From the NCBI GenBank assembly GCA_002633005.1, contig NMRA01000255.1, positions 59,457-102,606 of the forward strand: DNA of 43,150 bases, read 5' to 3'. Position 1 is the stretch's first letter; the number at the start of each line of letters is the position of its first letter. The notes under the pieces are model-generated. The model saw only the letters and a list, made by a program, of their open reading frames with translations, was not told the origin of the DNA and did not search any database. The position numbers and the translations under genes were made by a program. Shown here one piece after another: positions 23,472 through 37,009 of the stretch. The stretch is from Phoronis australis (taxonomy: Eukaryota > Animalia > Phoronida).

Positions 23472-23758
23472 TACAGCAAACTTTCTAATAGTAGCCGGGG
23501 CGTTTATTCTCGTCAGCTGTGCTCCATACCAGGCCTCTGGTACAGAGTGGCATTTATTAGAGACTAGGATTTTATGCTATTGAACAAGGACAAATAAAAA
23601 ATAGCCTTTGCCTATCGTCCTCAGTAAGGTGGTATTTGTTTAGAGGGGGCTTCTATTAGGGACCCAGTGTTTATAAAATTCAGCGTACCTAGACACGCGG
23701 CTTCTGTTAGAGGGAAGTGTCTATTAGCACCCGGGCTTCTATTAGAAGCTTCAAGGCA
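23472..23758. mobile_element. MITE (Tc1/mariner-like ends) with CTTCTATTAG subterminal repeats
   Basis: Left tacagcaaactttctaatagtagccgggg versus right cccgggcttctattagaagcttcaaggca. Internal repeats ggcttctattag, ggcttctgttag, gtctattag. Confidence 0.6.
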
Positions 23759-24571
23759 AGTGGTCCAAATAAAAAAATGCTTCTTGCACGGAATTTGAAT
23801 TTATAGCCGCTTCAGTAAACTACTAATAAAACACTTTTTAACTCATTCATAAACCCACGTACTTTACAAGAAGAGAACTTCTGTGTTAATTTCTTACCAG
23901 TTCAAAGTTGGTTTCAACTTGAAAAGCGATTTCTGGGGTTGCATAGGACTTGTGTTTCTTCTTTCCTTGAGTCTTTACATGGTGCATAAATTATATAGTG
24001 CGACAATGCAACGTGTAGAGCCTGGTCTCAAACAGTAACCAACCGTGCCTTCGGAGCCCCGAAATCCTAATTTGGCAAAGGAACGATTCGAGAACAATTT
24101 CATAACTGAAAGTGATCTGAAACAAAACTTCGTTTTTGTGATGGAATACGGGTTTGTAGCCGCTTTAAATTATCACACAATTTCTACATCGTTGTTAGCA
24201 ACTCTTAAGAAATAGTGTTTTGCTAGGCATAGTATCGGAGAACAAGCTTGGGTGACAAAAGCTCTATTCGCCTATGTGGATATTTCAATTTCCGCTCGCC
24301 GGTAAAACCTTCAATTCATGGCAAATAGATACTCTGATAAAGAGGGCAAACATTAGTATTGTAATGAGATATCTGTTTGTTGTGAGGCTATTAAGTATAG
24401 GTGACATTTTCAATAATAAATAAAATGCTCATTATTATGATAGCTTTAGCGAGGCCATAAGTATTTCTTTAAATTTAAACTGTAAGCTACTGTAAATGGA
24501 CCACACTTACCTATTAAAATTTGACCTCAATTCGTTCATTACTTGGGTATGAAGTCATTTTTGGGTTTGAG

Positions 24572-25008
24572 TGCCCGGATGCACGAAACAGTCCCAAATG
24601 GGGGCTCAACTAAGTTCCCTAAATACTGCGTATTTGTGGACTTGTGAAAACTCTGATTGTCCTTTCTTATGCTGTTCGAGTATCAATATACTTTAAGCAA
24701 GTACATGTATTAGGTGTTGGCTTTGACACAAATAGAGACTGAACTCTACGTTGAATTCTCGATATCATTAAAAATACGCAGCGATGTTTACATGCAACGC
24801 TCCCAATTTAAGAACTCCCTAATTATTTTGATTGAATTAAGGGCTCAGTTTTTAGTTATATCTTTAGAAAATGTCATTAGTCGCAGAGGAGCTCATGATC
24901 AAGATAAAATGATAGAAAAAAGTAACACCTTGAGCAAAGAACGAACCAAATAAGCAAAATATTTAGGGAACTCAGTTCCTTATTTGGGGCTGTTTCATGC
25001 AACCGGCC
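24572..25008. mobile_element. Harbinger-like MITE with ~60-bp TIRs
   Basis: gcccggatgcacgaaacagtcccaaat..aactaagttccctaaata matches the reverse complement of tatttagggaactcagttccttatttggggctgtttcatgcaaccggcc. Confidence 0.75.
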
Positions 25009-28000
25009 AGGGAAAAGCTAAGAACTGACATTTCGTGATATGCTGCTTTAAGTCAGGTTCAGCGAATAAAATGAGCCAGGGCGGGATTAAGCCGAGTTGT
25101 TCATTAAGCCTTGTATCAAGCCACGGTTCTCTCCATGTTCAGATTTTTTTTTTGTCTAAATAAGAAACAACTGGAGACCAATTCTATAATGGTAAAACTT
25201 CTAAATCAAGAGGCTGACATTTCACGGTCGGCCCATAAAGTGATTCGCCAGGACAAGCAAACTGAGTTTGGTCACAAGACAGTACTAACACATAGTTTGT
25301 TCCAAAGTCATTCTGAATTAGGAAATGGTTGTGGTAGGTTAGTTTTGTGACGGGGTAAGTATAGTCTAAAAGACGGAAGGCCGGGTCTGTGCCTTCAGTG
25401 ACGTGACCTTTTTCGCAAGCCATTGTAAACGGGATTGCATGTATATGTTGCTTAGTAGCCAAACAATCTTATGAGACGTATGTTGCAATTCAACATAACA
25501 GATGGCTGAATACTTTCATGGGTTTAGTAAAAGTGTTTGATCAACATGCAGCAACATTCCGTCCGTGCTAATTAAAACTATTGATCTGGAAAATCGGAAA
25601 TGTGGATGTTTGTATTGTTGCCTGATCCTGTTGTGAAGTCACTGATGTACATGTACAAGAAGTACTTCATCACACTTACGTGATGATCTAGGGATGTAAT
25701 ACGAAGAACTGGCTTTTAATCAACCAATCCACTAGGTTATCCACTAGGAGGCCAGCCATAAATGAAAGAAGTCAAACAACATGTCGTCAACTCTGCTGCA
25801 CTTCGTGAATGCGCAGACTGAAGTAGTCCCGGCGTTTAAATCCATAGAATTGTAAAATATGATATCGATTGTAACATAAAATCAATATACAAGTAATTTT
25901 TTGAGTCTGTCTATATTAAAGACATCCAGACAATGTGGCTAAAATGAAAAATGGACTGGGAAATGCTGAGCCTCCTCAAGTGGAGGCGAAGGCAAAGACT
26001 CCGGCCAAAGACCGACGCCGGATTGTCCCTTATTGGCGGTGGTAATGGCAAGCAAACTGTTATCAGGTGGAGACATAAAATCGTGAAATTCCTTCATAAT
26101 TGGAATTTAATTTCCAACTTTGCACCGGATCCGGCGACTTAGCTTGAGCAGCGAGCGACGGCATAGTTCTTAGAATGTGACTGCTATAGAAGGAATACTT
26201 GATATATGGGTAAATGATATAATTAAATTGTAATGAAATCTAAGATATAATGAAAATTTGTTAAGATGCGTTAGTACACTGGAAGCCCGACAGAGAGCGT
26301 GACTCTGCGGAGCTAACGCTTAATTTATTAGCTTTAACTCGTGAGACCAACACCTTAAAAAGACGCACTGTGTCACGCTCCCTACACTAGAATAGTTAAG
26401 CATCGCACACAATTAGCTAATAAACTACGGTCCACTACATTCCTCGCCACCTTTAAGCCAGTTTACGTTTTCAAATTATAAATCGCGGGCTTTTATTCTT
26501 AGACAGCGGTGCATAAGGTTTTTCAAGTTGATGTTTTGTCCAGTACTCAATTTAGCAACTGACATTTTTTTCGCGGCAACGTTTGGAGGCTCCTTCGCTG
26601 TTGTGGCAGGGCAACTCAAGTGAGGAGCCCACAGTTTTGGGTTCGAAAGTTTTGTTTGTTTGTTGAAAAATCAACGTCCGCAAGAGGAAATTGCAATCGG
26701 CAAGTTTAGTAACTATGCCGCAGCTTGTGCAATGGAATGTTTTTGCAAGGACTTCATCTGTGTCAGACTACCCACGTATGACCTGCGTGCAACACGGCGT
26801 CCAAAAATCAATAAACGACAAACTAACACGGAAAGTAATATGTGGTGCACGTGGTATTAAAGGGTAATGAGTGCAACTAATACTTAGTTCGTGTTTGAGT
26901 CTGCCTCAAATCCGAACAAAACACTATTTTTTGACCATTGGCATAATTTTTATGTTACATTTTCTTCAAACTTATACTACTTAGAAAAGGTGTCATGTTT
27001 CCGCTGTCCCGGATGTAATGGCGGTTTCTAGGCTGAACCCGATTGTGTTAAGCATTTGTGAACAACTGTGTAATATATATCTACGTCTCATTTAACTATT
27101 TCTTAAATTCGCCAAAGCGGGACATATGTCTGTAGGATAATAACTTTTGTACTTCTAAATTGCCCAGTATCAATCAATTGCGTATATAAGCTTGTTCTAA
27201 TCTTGAAGAGACCTTTGTCAGCCAAATAAATTTCTGTTGTAGTTTAGGCACTATTCTATATAATTCTAGTTCTGTGAACAACTCAATAAATTACGGCGAG
27301 AAGAATGATTTTCTGAGACTAACCTCGTACAAAGCTTCCATTGGTAGTATTTAAATCACACTAAGGAAAATTCGGAATTGTTGGATGCATAAGAGGAGCT
27401 CAAATTACTTTTCAGATAATGGATACAATTTTTGTACTTTTTGGTCGAATCCAAGTTTTCCCGAAACTAGAAATCGACGTCTCATGAATTAAAGGCCATT
27501 GTTAATGGAAAACCGTCGACTTTGTTACAGTGTCCCCCACTTAGTAGCTATTTGCTGTATTTGAAATGTGGCTGAATAATTCGTGGGCGTTCTTCAAATT
27601 GTAAAATGCCGTTATGTCTGTAATCCAACGACAGATCGAGTCCATTAGCGCACTTGAGTTGGACTCGGTAAATGCCAGTAGGCGGGACTCAGCAGTCGAC
27701 CTTCACCATGAGCTAAATCGAATTGTTGCATACTCGGCTGCGCTCGTTACAGAGAAGCTTATAGTTCCAAAAAGACTATCCCATCTAGAAACAATTCCAA
27801 AACCCGTTTTTCGGCAGTAAAACCGATGTCTTTTTAAATGCATAGAACTATTTAAATTTTTCTACCAGCAGTCAAGAAGATATAAGGAAACTCGACAGTC
27901 ATTTATATTTTGGGAAAATGTTCCCGGTTATTCATTAAATATTATTATAAAACAAATGCAAATAGCGATATTTCCATTAACGCAATTTCGTGTCATAACT

Positions 28001-29010
28001 TTATTGTCGTCACAGTTACGTCACATGGTGCGAAGGTTTTTTGGTCCATAGAAACGTTGGCGTAAAACGGTGAGCTTTTACTTATCATTGAGACAATACA
28101 GTGTTAGTTTTGTTGTTATTTACAGAACCATATACGTTAATAGAAGTATGATTGTCTATCGATGAAGATTATTTTAACTATTAACCATGGTAATTATATG
28201 CAGAGATCGTCGTGCGCGTATCTTAGTATGAAGGCATGAAGTCAAACAACCATCAACAAAATTGTTGTGAGTGACAATTCCTTGGATTTCCAGCTTCTTC
28301 GAATGCTTAGCCTCGAAAGTAAAGGAACCGATAGGTTACCCAGGAAATCGGATGTTACATGCATCGACGTACACTTGTACTCCTGATCACAACGTACAAG
28401 TGTACGAAAAGTCAATTAGCCCATGAATGTACCTATTGAAAGGATCCAAATGTGGTGTAACCATACGCAATATCTCAAGCTTGAATTTTCACATCATTAA
28501 AAAATCAATAACTGGAGATTGAGTTCAATCTGTTCTAACAACAATGGATTGTTGATTAGCGGAATCGAATACGTGCCAGGCTAGATGAATTGTGAAGAAA
28601 ATCAGGCTTAGTTAATAAAATTGTAGCAATTGATTAGTTCATATATGCCTTCACGTGCTTAGCTTAGCAAGGTCTTATTTTACAAGCTGGTTTACTTGTC
28701 GTTCTTTGCAATTCATTTTACAACTCTGTACTAAGTTTATCCTAGCACTCACTTGTGTCCTAAGTTTATCGTAGTGTTTGAACCACGACTACTTAGCTAT
28801 ACTCTGTTGCTCGACACTATGAATAATCCAAGTATCCGAATGTATTGAATCATAGTTATTCAGTCATTTGATCGCATTAGTTTGTTATTGTCCTATTAAT
28901 CGGTCGCTCATTTTCCCTCGCTACACGAGATCATGTCTTTCCAAAGCAAAATGGAGGACTGAAACTGTGTTTAACTTCAACTAGTGAATCTTCATCATTC
29001 AGCCACTTTT

Positions 29011-29308
29011 CAGTGGCGGATCTAGGATACCATAAGGGGGGGGGGCAACATGTTGACTAAGGAAATTGGGCAAAGCGCGTCAGCATGCGCACAGCCGGCC
29101 TAAAAGTTGCGAGGGCTGGGGATGTGGACCTTCTGTCCGGAATATCAATCGAAGGACTAAAAAACAGGGACACGATTCCGTCGCGGTCTGGGATCTGAGT
29201 CCCCTAGTTGCTGAACTCAATCTTTCCTCACCCTTCACGTTGTTGCTGTTTCATTTTGCTTGCGGCAGCCAAGGGGGGGGGGCGGCCCCCCCCTTAAATC
29301 CGCCTCTG
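29011..29308 (+). mobile_element. MITE with CAGTGGCGGATCTAG-type TIRs (second copy, inverted relative to 4504-4789)
   Basis: cagtggcggatctaggataccataagggggg ... ccccccttaaatccgcctctg. Internal blocks are shared with the 4.5-kb copy (e.g. ttgcggcagccaagggg). Confidence 0.8.
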
Positions 29309-29959
29309 GGCAGATAATGTTTTCAAAAGACATTTAGCCGAGCTTACCTTTGACTGCCGTGTATAAATTTAAATTGATTTTATCATAATTATGCCACAAA
29401 GGCATGTATTCAAAATAATTTGTGTGTCTGAAATTAACTTTGAGCTTTAATCTACACAATTAATACTTAACGACCAATTAAACCAACGTCGTCGAAATGT
29501 CAAGCTGTTATTTGGACTTACTAGCAGTCCCAATAATTGATTTCAATTCAGAAGTACTCTACATGCAGTTCCATGGAAATCGATTGCTACCCATTTTTGA
29601 TTATATTAATATTGTACATTTTCCTATGTAATTGAAATGGTAATTGCCAGCTTTTGTGTCAAAACATCAATCGGTCGCCCTGAAAGCCCTAATTATTGAC
29701 TGGGAAGCATAAGTGGAACACAGTTAATATTCGCACACGGTCAAACAGAGTTTGGCCAAACCCCTAATAAATGTCTTCCAAAAGGAGTTTGACGGTGAGA
29801 TACGTGTCAACCCGCTTCAATCATCTTCACTGCATGTTGAACTCAAGTGAATTCAAGATTTAAGTGCGTGACTAATGCTTGGCACTGTCTCAAAGACATG
29901 TTAACTGACAAAGAAACGCTACAGTACTACATCATGTCACCACAGTCACGGAGAGTTAA

Positions 29960-31220
29960 CCTTGAAAGGTTCATGAAGTACAAAAACATGCATTTTTAAT
30001 GTAATTTAATTGATGAATAAAGTCTATGTCAGAAATCACATCTTCGTTACTCTTTCACATTTTTGTAAAAAAGTGTTTTCCAATGTTAATTCCTATTGGC
30101 TAACGAGCGTCTGACGTCACTGAGGCTGTACCGTGGGTGAAGGCAATAAGATAAATCAAGCTTATTATGTATATAGCTCACTGAGCGAATGCCTCTCGGC
30201 TACAGAACCGTGCGATCTCGGCTCTCAAAAGTTCGTAATACAAGTTTACAGCCGTGTAGTGTTGTTTAATTCCGTTCTCGGCATGGGCTAGGAAAGGGCC
30301 CCGACTGCGTAGCCTTGCCTTGGTGGAAGCTGTTATATACAGCGGCCGTTGCACCGACGTGGGTAAAAACTGATCAAATAAAACCTGACACAAAATTAAT
30401 GTCATTAAAAATTACACTCTTCCTTGAGTATACTAAATTATTGACTGGAGTCAAGTTGAAAAAATTTGCGTTCTGCCGTTCACTCTGCTGCTAAAATTTG
30501 GGTTCGCTCTTTAAGGTCGGCTTTCGGCGCCGTCACCTGTTGCCTCATTGCATGGCCAGTTTCGTTGTTCTTCCAAGCAATCGAACTGTTCTTCGAAGTT
30601 GTGTACATGTCATAACAAATTACTAGACCTGATTTCATTGATTTTAGTTTTTAGTATTTTAATGCCAGGAAACCGATTTTCATAAAAAATTTGCTCCTGC
30701 GAAGCTGTCATCATTTCCCGACAGATGTCGTAAAATTTTAGGAAATAGCGTGTGTTGAGCATACCGTTTTCTTTGTTACAAAAGGCTGAGAATTATGAAC
30801 TAAAATAACGTTTACTAGATTGTTTGGGGCTTAAATGGCTTCAGCGGGCAAGGTGAGTGTCGGTTGGCACCCATATATGTGCACGCTCCCCTGCCGGTTT
30901 AGAGCTCTAAATGTTGATATAAGTTTCGCTACGAGTTGACGAACCGAACTACCCGGGCTATGTGAAATTTCGGAGTATAACGGAGCTCAACACACAGTGC
31001 TACTGGTACCTAGTTGTATTTTGAAGATAGTCTTCATACAGCTAGCTGGCTCAGTGACGTCACGAAAAACGGCGCTTGCAGTGGGGCTTTACGGAACTAA
31101 TAAATTTTCACTTTTCAAAGTAAAAAAGAAAAATACTGTGCACTATTTAGGAATATGTGGATGCCAGTAACCAACCTTTATACTTTCAAAAAGTAATATT
31201 AAAATGTAGTTCAACCTCCC
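29960..31220. mobile_element. Possible old DNA transposon with subterminal inverted TGACGTCACTGAG motifs
   Basis: Exact 13-bp inverted pair at 30112-30124 and 31050-31062 with weak flanking symmetry. Boundaries are approximate. Confidence 0.3.
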
Positions 31221-31365
31221 GTTCAGTAACACTAGGACCTCGCTAAAAATCAAGACTTCGCGAGATTACGTGAGATATTGCCGTGTATTTCAAAGGAAAG
31301 CACGTGACTTTGGCTAAGCTTTAGCTAGGTACTAGGGTAGGTCCTAGCATTACTGAACGCACGCC
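31215..31365. mobile_element. Short Harbinger-like MITE
   Basis: TIRs cgttcagtaacactaggacct and aggtcctagcattactgaacg. Confidence 0.65.
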
Positions 31366-31374
31366 AGGTCTCTT

Positions 31375-32110
31375 TTAAAATGACAGCTTCAAGTGCAGGC
31401 TGTTTGTGTTTTCGGTGGAACAGGGTGGCCTGTGACTTTGCAGCATTGATGCGCCAGATGAAGCACCAGTCCTCCAGCTTTGATGGTACCCGCTGAAGGC
31501 GTGCTTGGATAATTTTCTCTTGTCATGTGTCCATAACCCGAGATTGTCGTCGAACAATGATACCTGGACTTTGTCTCTCGGGTCAGCTGGGAAGTCGTTG
31601 ACATAAGTCATTAAGAATAGTACTGAGGACAGGTCACTCAGGTGTGCCGGCTTTTAGTTTCACAAGCTGTGAAATAGATTATCTCTGTCTATTCGAGTTG
31701 CATCTGTCTCAGAAAAGATGAGAGTCTGACCATTTTGCCAGGTAGACCCATATTGGAGAGTTTGTATCTCATGCCGTCATGCATACAGAGTCAAAAGATT
31801 TTTTATGTCTAACATCATGGCGCCCGTGCACCAGTGCTTGCCTAATGCCGCTTTGATATCAGTCTATGTGCTCGGTTCCCTCACGCTTTTTTCTACAGGC
31901 TCTCAGCCAACAGCTAAAGAAGCATTTGGAATTCAGTTCTACAGTGATTCTGTTCGTACGGATGCGTTCGAACGTTTTGCCAACGAATGATAGTTGAACA
32001 TTTAAGCCTTTGAAAACACGCCTTTTGTACTGATAGCGTGATGGTGGGAACTGCGATGCCTTCGTGAAGGTTTGCAATTGATTTATTTTTACGGTTATTT
32101 AAACAAGAAA
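31375..32110 (-). mobile_element. Non-LTR retrotransposon RT relic (Jockey/I-like)
   Basis: Minus-strand fragments PTITLSVQK, KTFERIRTNRI, RKKREGTEH, FDSV*HDGMRYKL, YVNDFP...VSLFDDNLGLW (degenerate YADD region). Frameshifted. Confidence 0.75.
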
Positions 32111-32164
32111 TGAAACGTTGGAATTTAAAGGATAACAAGCTTCAAAGACTTGAAAATTCTTTGA

Positions 32165-32350
32165 CATTTTAATGGTGCAGTGGTAACGTAGTGACATGCG
32201 AATAAGAAGATCCCTGTATCGAATCCCGATAGGGTTTAAAAATGCTGCATTTCACTTGTGCTAATCCATCGTCTGCCTGTGGAATGATGGCGCTCTTCGA
32301 GTTAACTCTGAAACGCTTTTTACATCATAATGTCCCCCTCTAAATAAAAT
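32165..32350 (+). mobile_element. tRNA-derived SINE (degenerate)
   Basis: Pol III A-box TGGTGCAGTGG (32173) and B-box-like GTATCGAATCC (32216) at tRNA-like spacing. No intact cloverleaf. A-rich tail taaataaaataa. Confidence 0.5.
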
Positions 32351-34665
32351 AACATAGCAAAAATATCCCTTTCAACAACACGTTCAGCTAATCAAGCTCA
32401 TCATTATTAAACGAATCAATTTCGGCCATAAGCCCACAACTTTTTCATTTCAACGAAAAATTGACTTTGAGATTTTTGGCAACGACATTTTATTATTTTT
32501 TGATTGTGTTAGGTTTTGGAAGTATTAAACAAATCAGAATATATGTTGCTCATTTTTACAGCGCAGAAGTCCCTCTTTCGTCTATTTTCCGATGCAGACA
32601 GAAAAACATAACTGCGGATGCAAAAAAACATTCCTTTTCAGTACAAAAATCCGGTTATGTCACAATTTCACTTTCATTTGTCACTGACGTCACTGTGTCT
32701 GGAGCAAACTACTCTTGTTGTCTGGCAACCAAACAACTCCATTGGAGGTAAAGTTAATAGCTATTTTAAAGTAGATATTCGCCTCGTGAAAGAGAGTTTT
32801 CCAGGGTGCCACATGTGGTGCAATGGTTTTCAGAGTGCGGAACTAAGCAACTACACGCCTTCCGTCTGCTCGTATCCCGTGAAAATGAAAACGCAAAGCG
32901 TAGCTATTTAATACTACTTCCATCAGTGGTGGCTTTTTGAAAAGGCCCGTTTCGTGTTAGTCTTTGTGTTTGTGTGTCGATAAACGAAAACAAAGGATTT
33001 CAAAAACACGGACAGCTTTTGAATCAAAACCGCGTAGTTCTGCGATAGTTAGGTAGACATGACGTTTTTGATCAACTTGCAGTTTTACGTTTTTGAGTGG
33101 ATTGGCAAATCACGCTGAAACCAAACCTCAACAAACGGACTGCAAAACATAAGTCTTCAAACATAAACGGAAGCATGCAGGGATGGCTAAGGGAAATTTT
33201 TCAGTTTTCTTAGTAAATATCTTTGTTTTGAAAACTGCTGGGAGATCCCTTACTTCAATATTACTTATTGGCTACTCTTTTGGTGACGTAGCGAAACACC
33301 AACTCTTGCAATCAACGAGTACATAGATTACACTTCTGTCAGGACTAGAATAAATCCAACAGTGTCTCCGGAATCTATAAAATTGTTACTTTTATGATTG
33401 TTATGAAAAATTCAATAGTTGTACAAATTGAAATAGAGAATAAAAACAGCTAGAGAACTGTGGCTGCGACTTCGTGGTTTCATCTTGAATTCTTCAAACT
33501 ATTTTCACTAGTGTGTTACTATGAAGTACTTTTGCTTTTGCTATGAATGTGCAATTGTTTTATGCCAAAGTGAAACATCGTCAAAACAGTTTCCTAAAGC
33601 TTTTCGGAATACAGTGCATAATTGTAGCATCTGAAAGTTTCAAACAACTGCATACTTTAATTCAAAATCGAATAAAAGTGACAGAAGTTGGGGTGTCGCA
33701 AAGAAGTCTCGCATCAAAAAGTTCCCCTCGTACTCATTTCTTTCCGGCACTACTTCCAGGATGGCTGAAAGACGATCCCAACTGACGTCATGATCGAGTC
33801 TTTTCTGTCAATCCCATGTGGCAATGCTGATTTTTTTACTGTTTGCGATGTTAAAACAAGTCTGAGTTTTGTTGTTTTTGGTATCCAATTATAAAAGGTG
33901 TTTCAACAATTAATAGATATGTATTTTCCATGGCGCAAATTTAGGCCTACACAAAGTACAGAAGGGAAAAATAGAATTTGGTAGTGACACTCCGCCGGGC
34001 TATCACGAGTCGACTACTTTACTGAGGAAGTTCCATTTTCCGTCTGGTAGCACAACAACTATAGCAAGAAGCATTGCGCCAGCATAATCTGTGCTAGAAA
34101 GGCCTAAACCGAGCACACGGGATTATTGTAGTCTATGGTACTCGTAAGACCGAAAGATGACACTTATAGATAGTACTGGAGCCTGCATCAAAATTTGTGT
34201 ACTCATTTGACCAGTTGTCCGTTCAACCGTGATGACCAGTCCTTGCGGTGGTGAGAGAAACGAGTTAGGGGGACTATTTGGAACAGATTTTTCTTGTAAA
34301 AACAGTTGATTATCTCGATTAACCAGCGACTGAAGCCGATATATGGGGGGTGAAAGGTTACTCATAAATAATCTGAAAGTGTGTGTCCAAACAACCCCGC
34401 AATGAGGTATCCACGTTGTTATGGCATAATTATATTACTAGCAACTCTATTGTCATTGTAAGAGAAATCTGCATTTTATTGTTTGGTCCCGCAATGGCGA
34501 CTTACTGACTCTCAGTACTTAGTTCTCTACCACGCCAATGCGCATGCGTTATGCATGCGCAACTCGAAACCGTGGATTTCATTTCACATGTTATCCGTAA
34601 AAACATCTTCCCAGGTTGATCACTGTAATTCAAGTGCGGAATGTTACTGGGAATTTCTGTGGACA

Positions 34666-34703
34666 GGCCCTCAAAATACAGGGCGCCCTGTATTTCGAGG
34701 GCC
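34666..34703. repeat. 38-bp palindrome (one mismatched pair, no spacer)
   Basis: ggccctcaaaatacagggc|gccctgtatttcgagggcc. Confidence 0.9.
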
Positions 34704-35393
34704 ATAGGTCTGCTTTCGGAGTCACAGTTAAGAATTTTCTGCAATTTGCAGGTTTCCAAAAATGGACATAATCGGAGATTTGCGAAAACAAAAACAAGTA
34801 TTTGTGACGAGAAACTGGACGATTTAGTTTAATTCTACACTTTTTGGTTTGTCAACAAAATAAATTCAGCTAATAGTACCACTTATACACATAATGGTCC
34901 TCATTCCATGTCGGCGTCGCGGACACACTTTCCAATTATAAGTATATTCCAAAAGTACGCTTTGGATTATAGTACTCCATTTTATTAGAATGTAACCAGG
35001 GGGTCAGTATAATAAATTCCCGACAGCATTCCCAGAGGTCTGTCACCAGTACAAATAGCAATCTTCTTTCAAGTGCTTTTATATCCTTTTTAGCAAGTTT
35101 TTAGCAACAGTTTTTTAAAGCGCACGCCTGTGCTACCGGACAATTGAGACTGATTTGATAACTTTCTCTCGAGGTCTTTAAAGCAAATACAGAACGAAAT
35201 TCAAAAAATCACTGCAGAGGTGATTTTCAAAAAGGATTTTCTTTTCTCTAAATACATTTGTATACAGATTGTAACGTAATCCTTTGATCGAGGCGTACTT
35301 AATACATACAGCGTAATTACAACAACTTCTCTTTGTTATCTAGATGAATTTATGAGAATACGCTTTGCAGGTCACTTATTTTAAGGACCCACG

Positions 35394-36726
35394 ATGGATT
35401 CCTCTCTGCACCAAAGATTAAGACCACAGGATGAACTAAGTTCAAGCCATCCGGCAGCTACAGAAGACCGTATCGCAACATTTGGCACGAAAGAATCCGG
35501 GGACCATCGTATGCCAAGATATCTTTCACCAACCAGTGCTGCCAAAGTGAAAACAAAACCTAAATACAACACTAAATCACCTAAAACATTCAAATTTGGA
35601 AAACCGGAGGTAGAAGAACCTAAACAGTTTTCCAACGGATCTCCCGTGGCTAAAGGAAAAGCGAAAATATCGACTGAACTGAGTGTTCCTGGCTATATGC
35701 AACTGACAACAGCAGCCAAGGATAAAATGCGACTTGAGAGCGAAGACGCAAAAATGGTTCCAAACTTACAACCTGGCACAGGGGATGAACTGTACTCGAT
35801 TAAACACCATCGAGCGGCAAAGCAAGAATCTGCAGAGCCCGTCTATTGCGAGCCAAACTCTCGTTACTTATCACCTACGAGCGCTGCCCAAAGAAAAATC
35901 CGAAACAAGATTAGCGTAGCTGAGGAGACTTCGCCAAGAATGAAGTTTGGTAAAAACGAGGCTGAAAAAATACCTTTTCTTAATTTGACTGACGTCCCAT
36001 CCCCACCACCTTCAAAACACCAAAAGAAACGAGGGGCAAGTTATGATGCCAATATTCCGAGGTATTTGTCAATGACAAGTGCGAGCCAGGTAAAAGCGAG
36101 GGTCAAAGTGGGAGACAAGACAAAATCTCCAAGAATGTCGTTTAATTTGAAAAGCAAGTCGCAGGAGAGAATACCGTCCAAGTCTCCACTAACAACAAAC
36201 TCTGCGCCCAAGCAAGATCATACGTCTGACTGTATGTCCGTTGTTGATGATTTGCTTAAAACAAGAACAATCAAGACCAGCAATGTTATTCATGCTAAAG
36301 AACCCTGTTACCGTCGAGTAGGTGTTGTGTCATCGTCTCCTCCAAAAGTCAAACTCAGTGGAACAAACGATTCAAGCATTCCACGCTATCTTGCCCTGAC
36401 CAGTGCAGCCAAAGTCAAGACAAGGCGTAAGACTGAGGTCCAACCTGGCCCGAAAATGCGGTTTGGAAAGACTGAATTGTCCATTTCACCAGCTCGCCTG
36501 TCGCCGCAGCGAATCATGGAAAGCACTGCAGTAGACGACGAAAAAACAACTTCGTGGTGCAATTTGAACGAATCGCGTGACGCATGCGGTAACAGAGATG
36601 AGCCAAGAGTTGTTAAAAAAACATTGAGCCCAAGGCATACCTCAGACCTGGCCTTGATCATTCGTGACGACTGTGAGAGATCAAAGAATGAAAAATTTAA
36701 AAATCGACAAACAAATTCTACTTCCG
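35394..36726 (+). CDS. Basic repeat protein (putative microtubule-binding, tail-anchored), coding exon 1
   Basis: Long ORF with five PRYL..TSAAK.K-type repeats. Upstream acceptor ctttgcag| at 35370 (5'UTR intron). Phase-1 donor G|GTATGT at 36727. Confidence 0.85.
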
Positions 36727-36919
36727 GTATGTACCTCTTTTTGAATATTGTTTATTTTTATTGTATTCTGGTGTAAAACACACACAGACACACATTTTGT
36801 CATTTCCTGTGGCTTTTTGAGGACAAATTTAAAGATTTAAAAAATTTGAACGCGTTGAATTAGATTTCGTAATCTTACACTGTGTTTCATTGATAAGTTA
36901 TGCGCTTATTTCTCCATAG

Positions 36920-37009
36920 AGAAGAAAGATCGACTTGGTTGTACCTGCGATTGCAGTCATTTCGTCGTTGACCCTAGAATGTACTCTTGTATTCATCAGA
37001 AGTCCCCTC
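36920..37009 (+). CDS. Same gene, exon 2 (90 nt, EKKDRLGCTCDCSHFVVDPRMYSCIHQKSP)
   Basis: Acceptor tttctccatag|, open frame, phase 1-1. The donor C|GTATAT is weak, so this may be a cassette exon. Confidence 0.55.

Noticed and set aside
25100-28900. Possible additional gene from short ORFs (25951, 26660, 27614)
   Set aside because: No recognisable domain and no phase-consistent exon chain could be built.
32165-32235. Functional tRNA gene
   Set aside because: A and B boxes are present, but there are no intact acceptor or anticodon stems. Treated as a SINE head.
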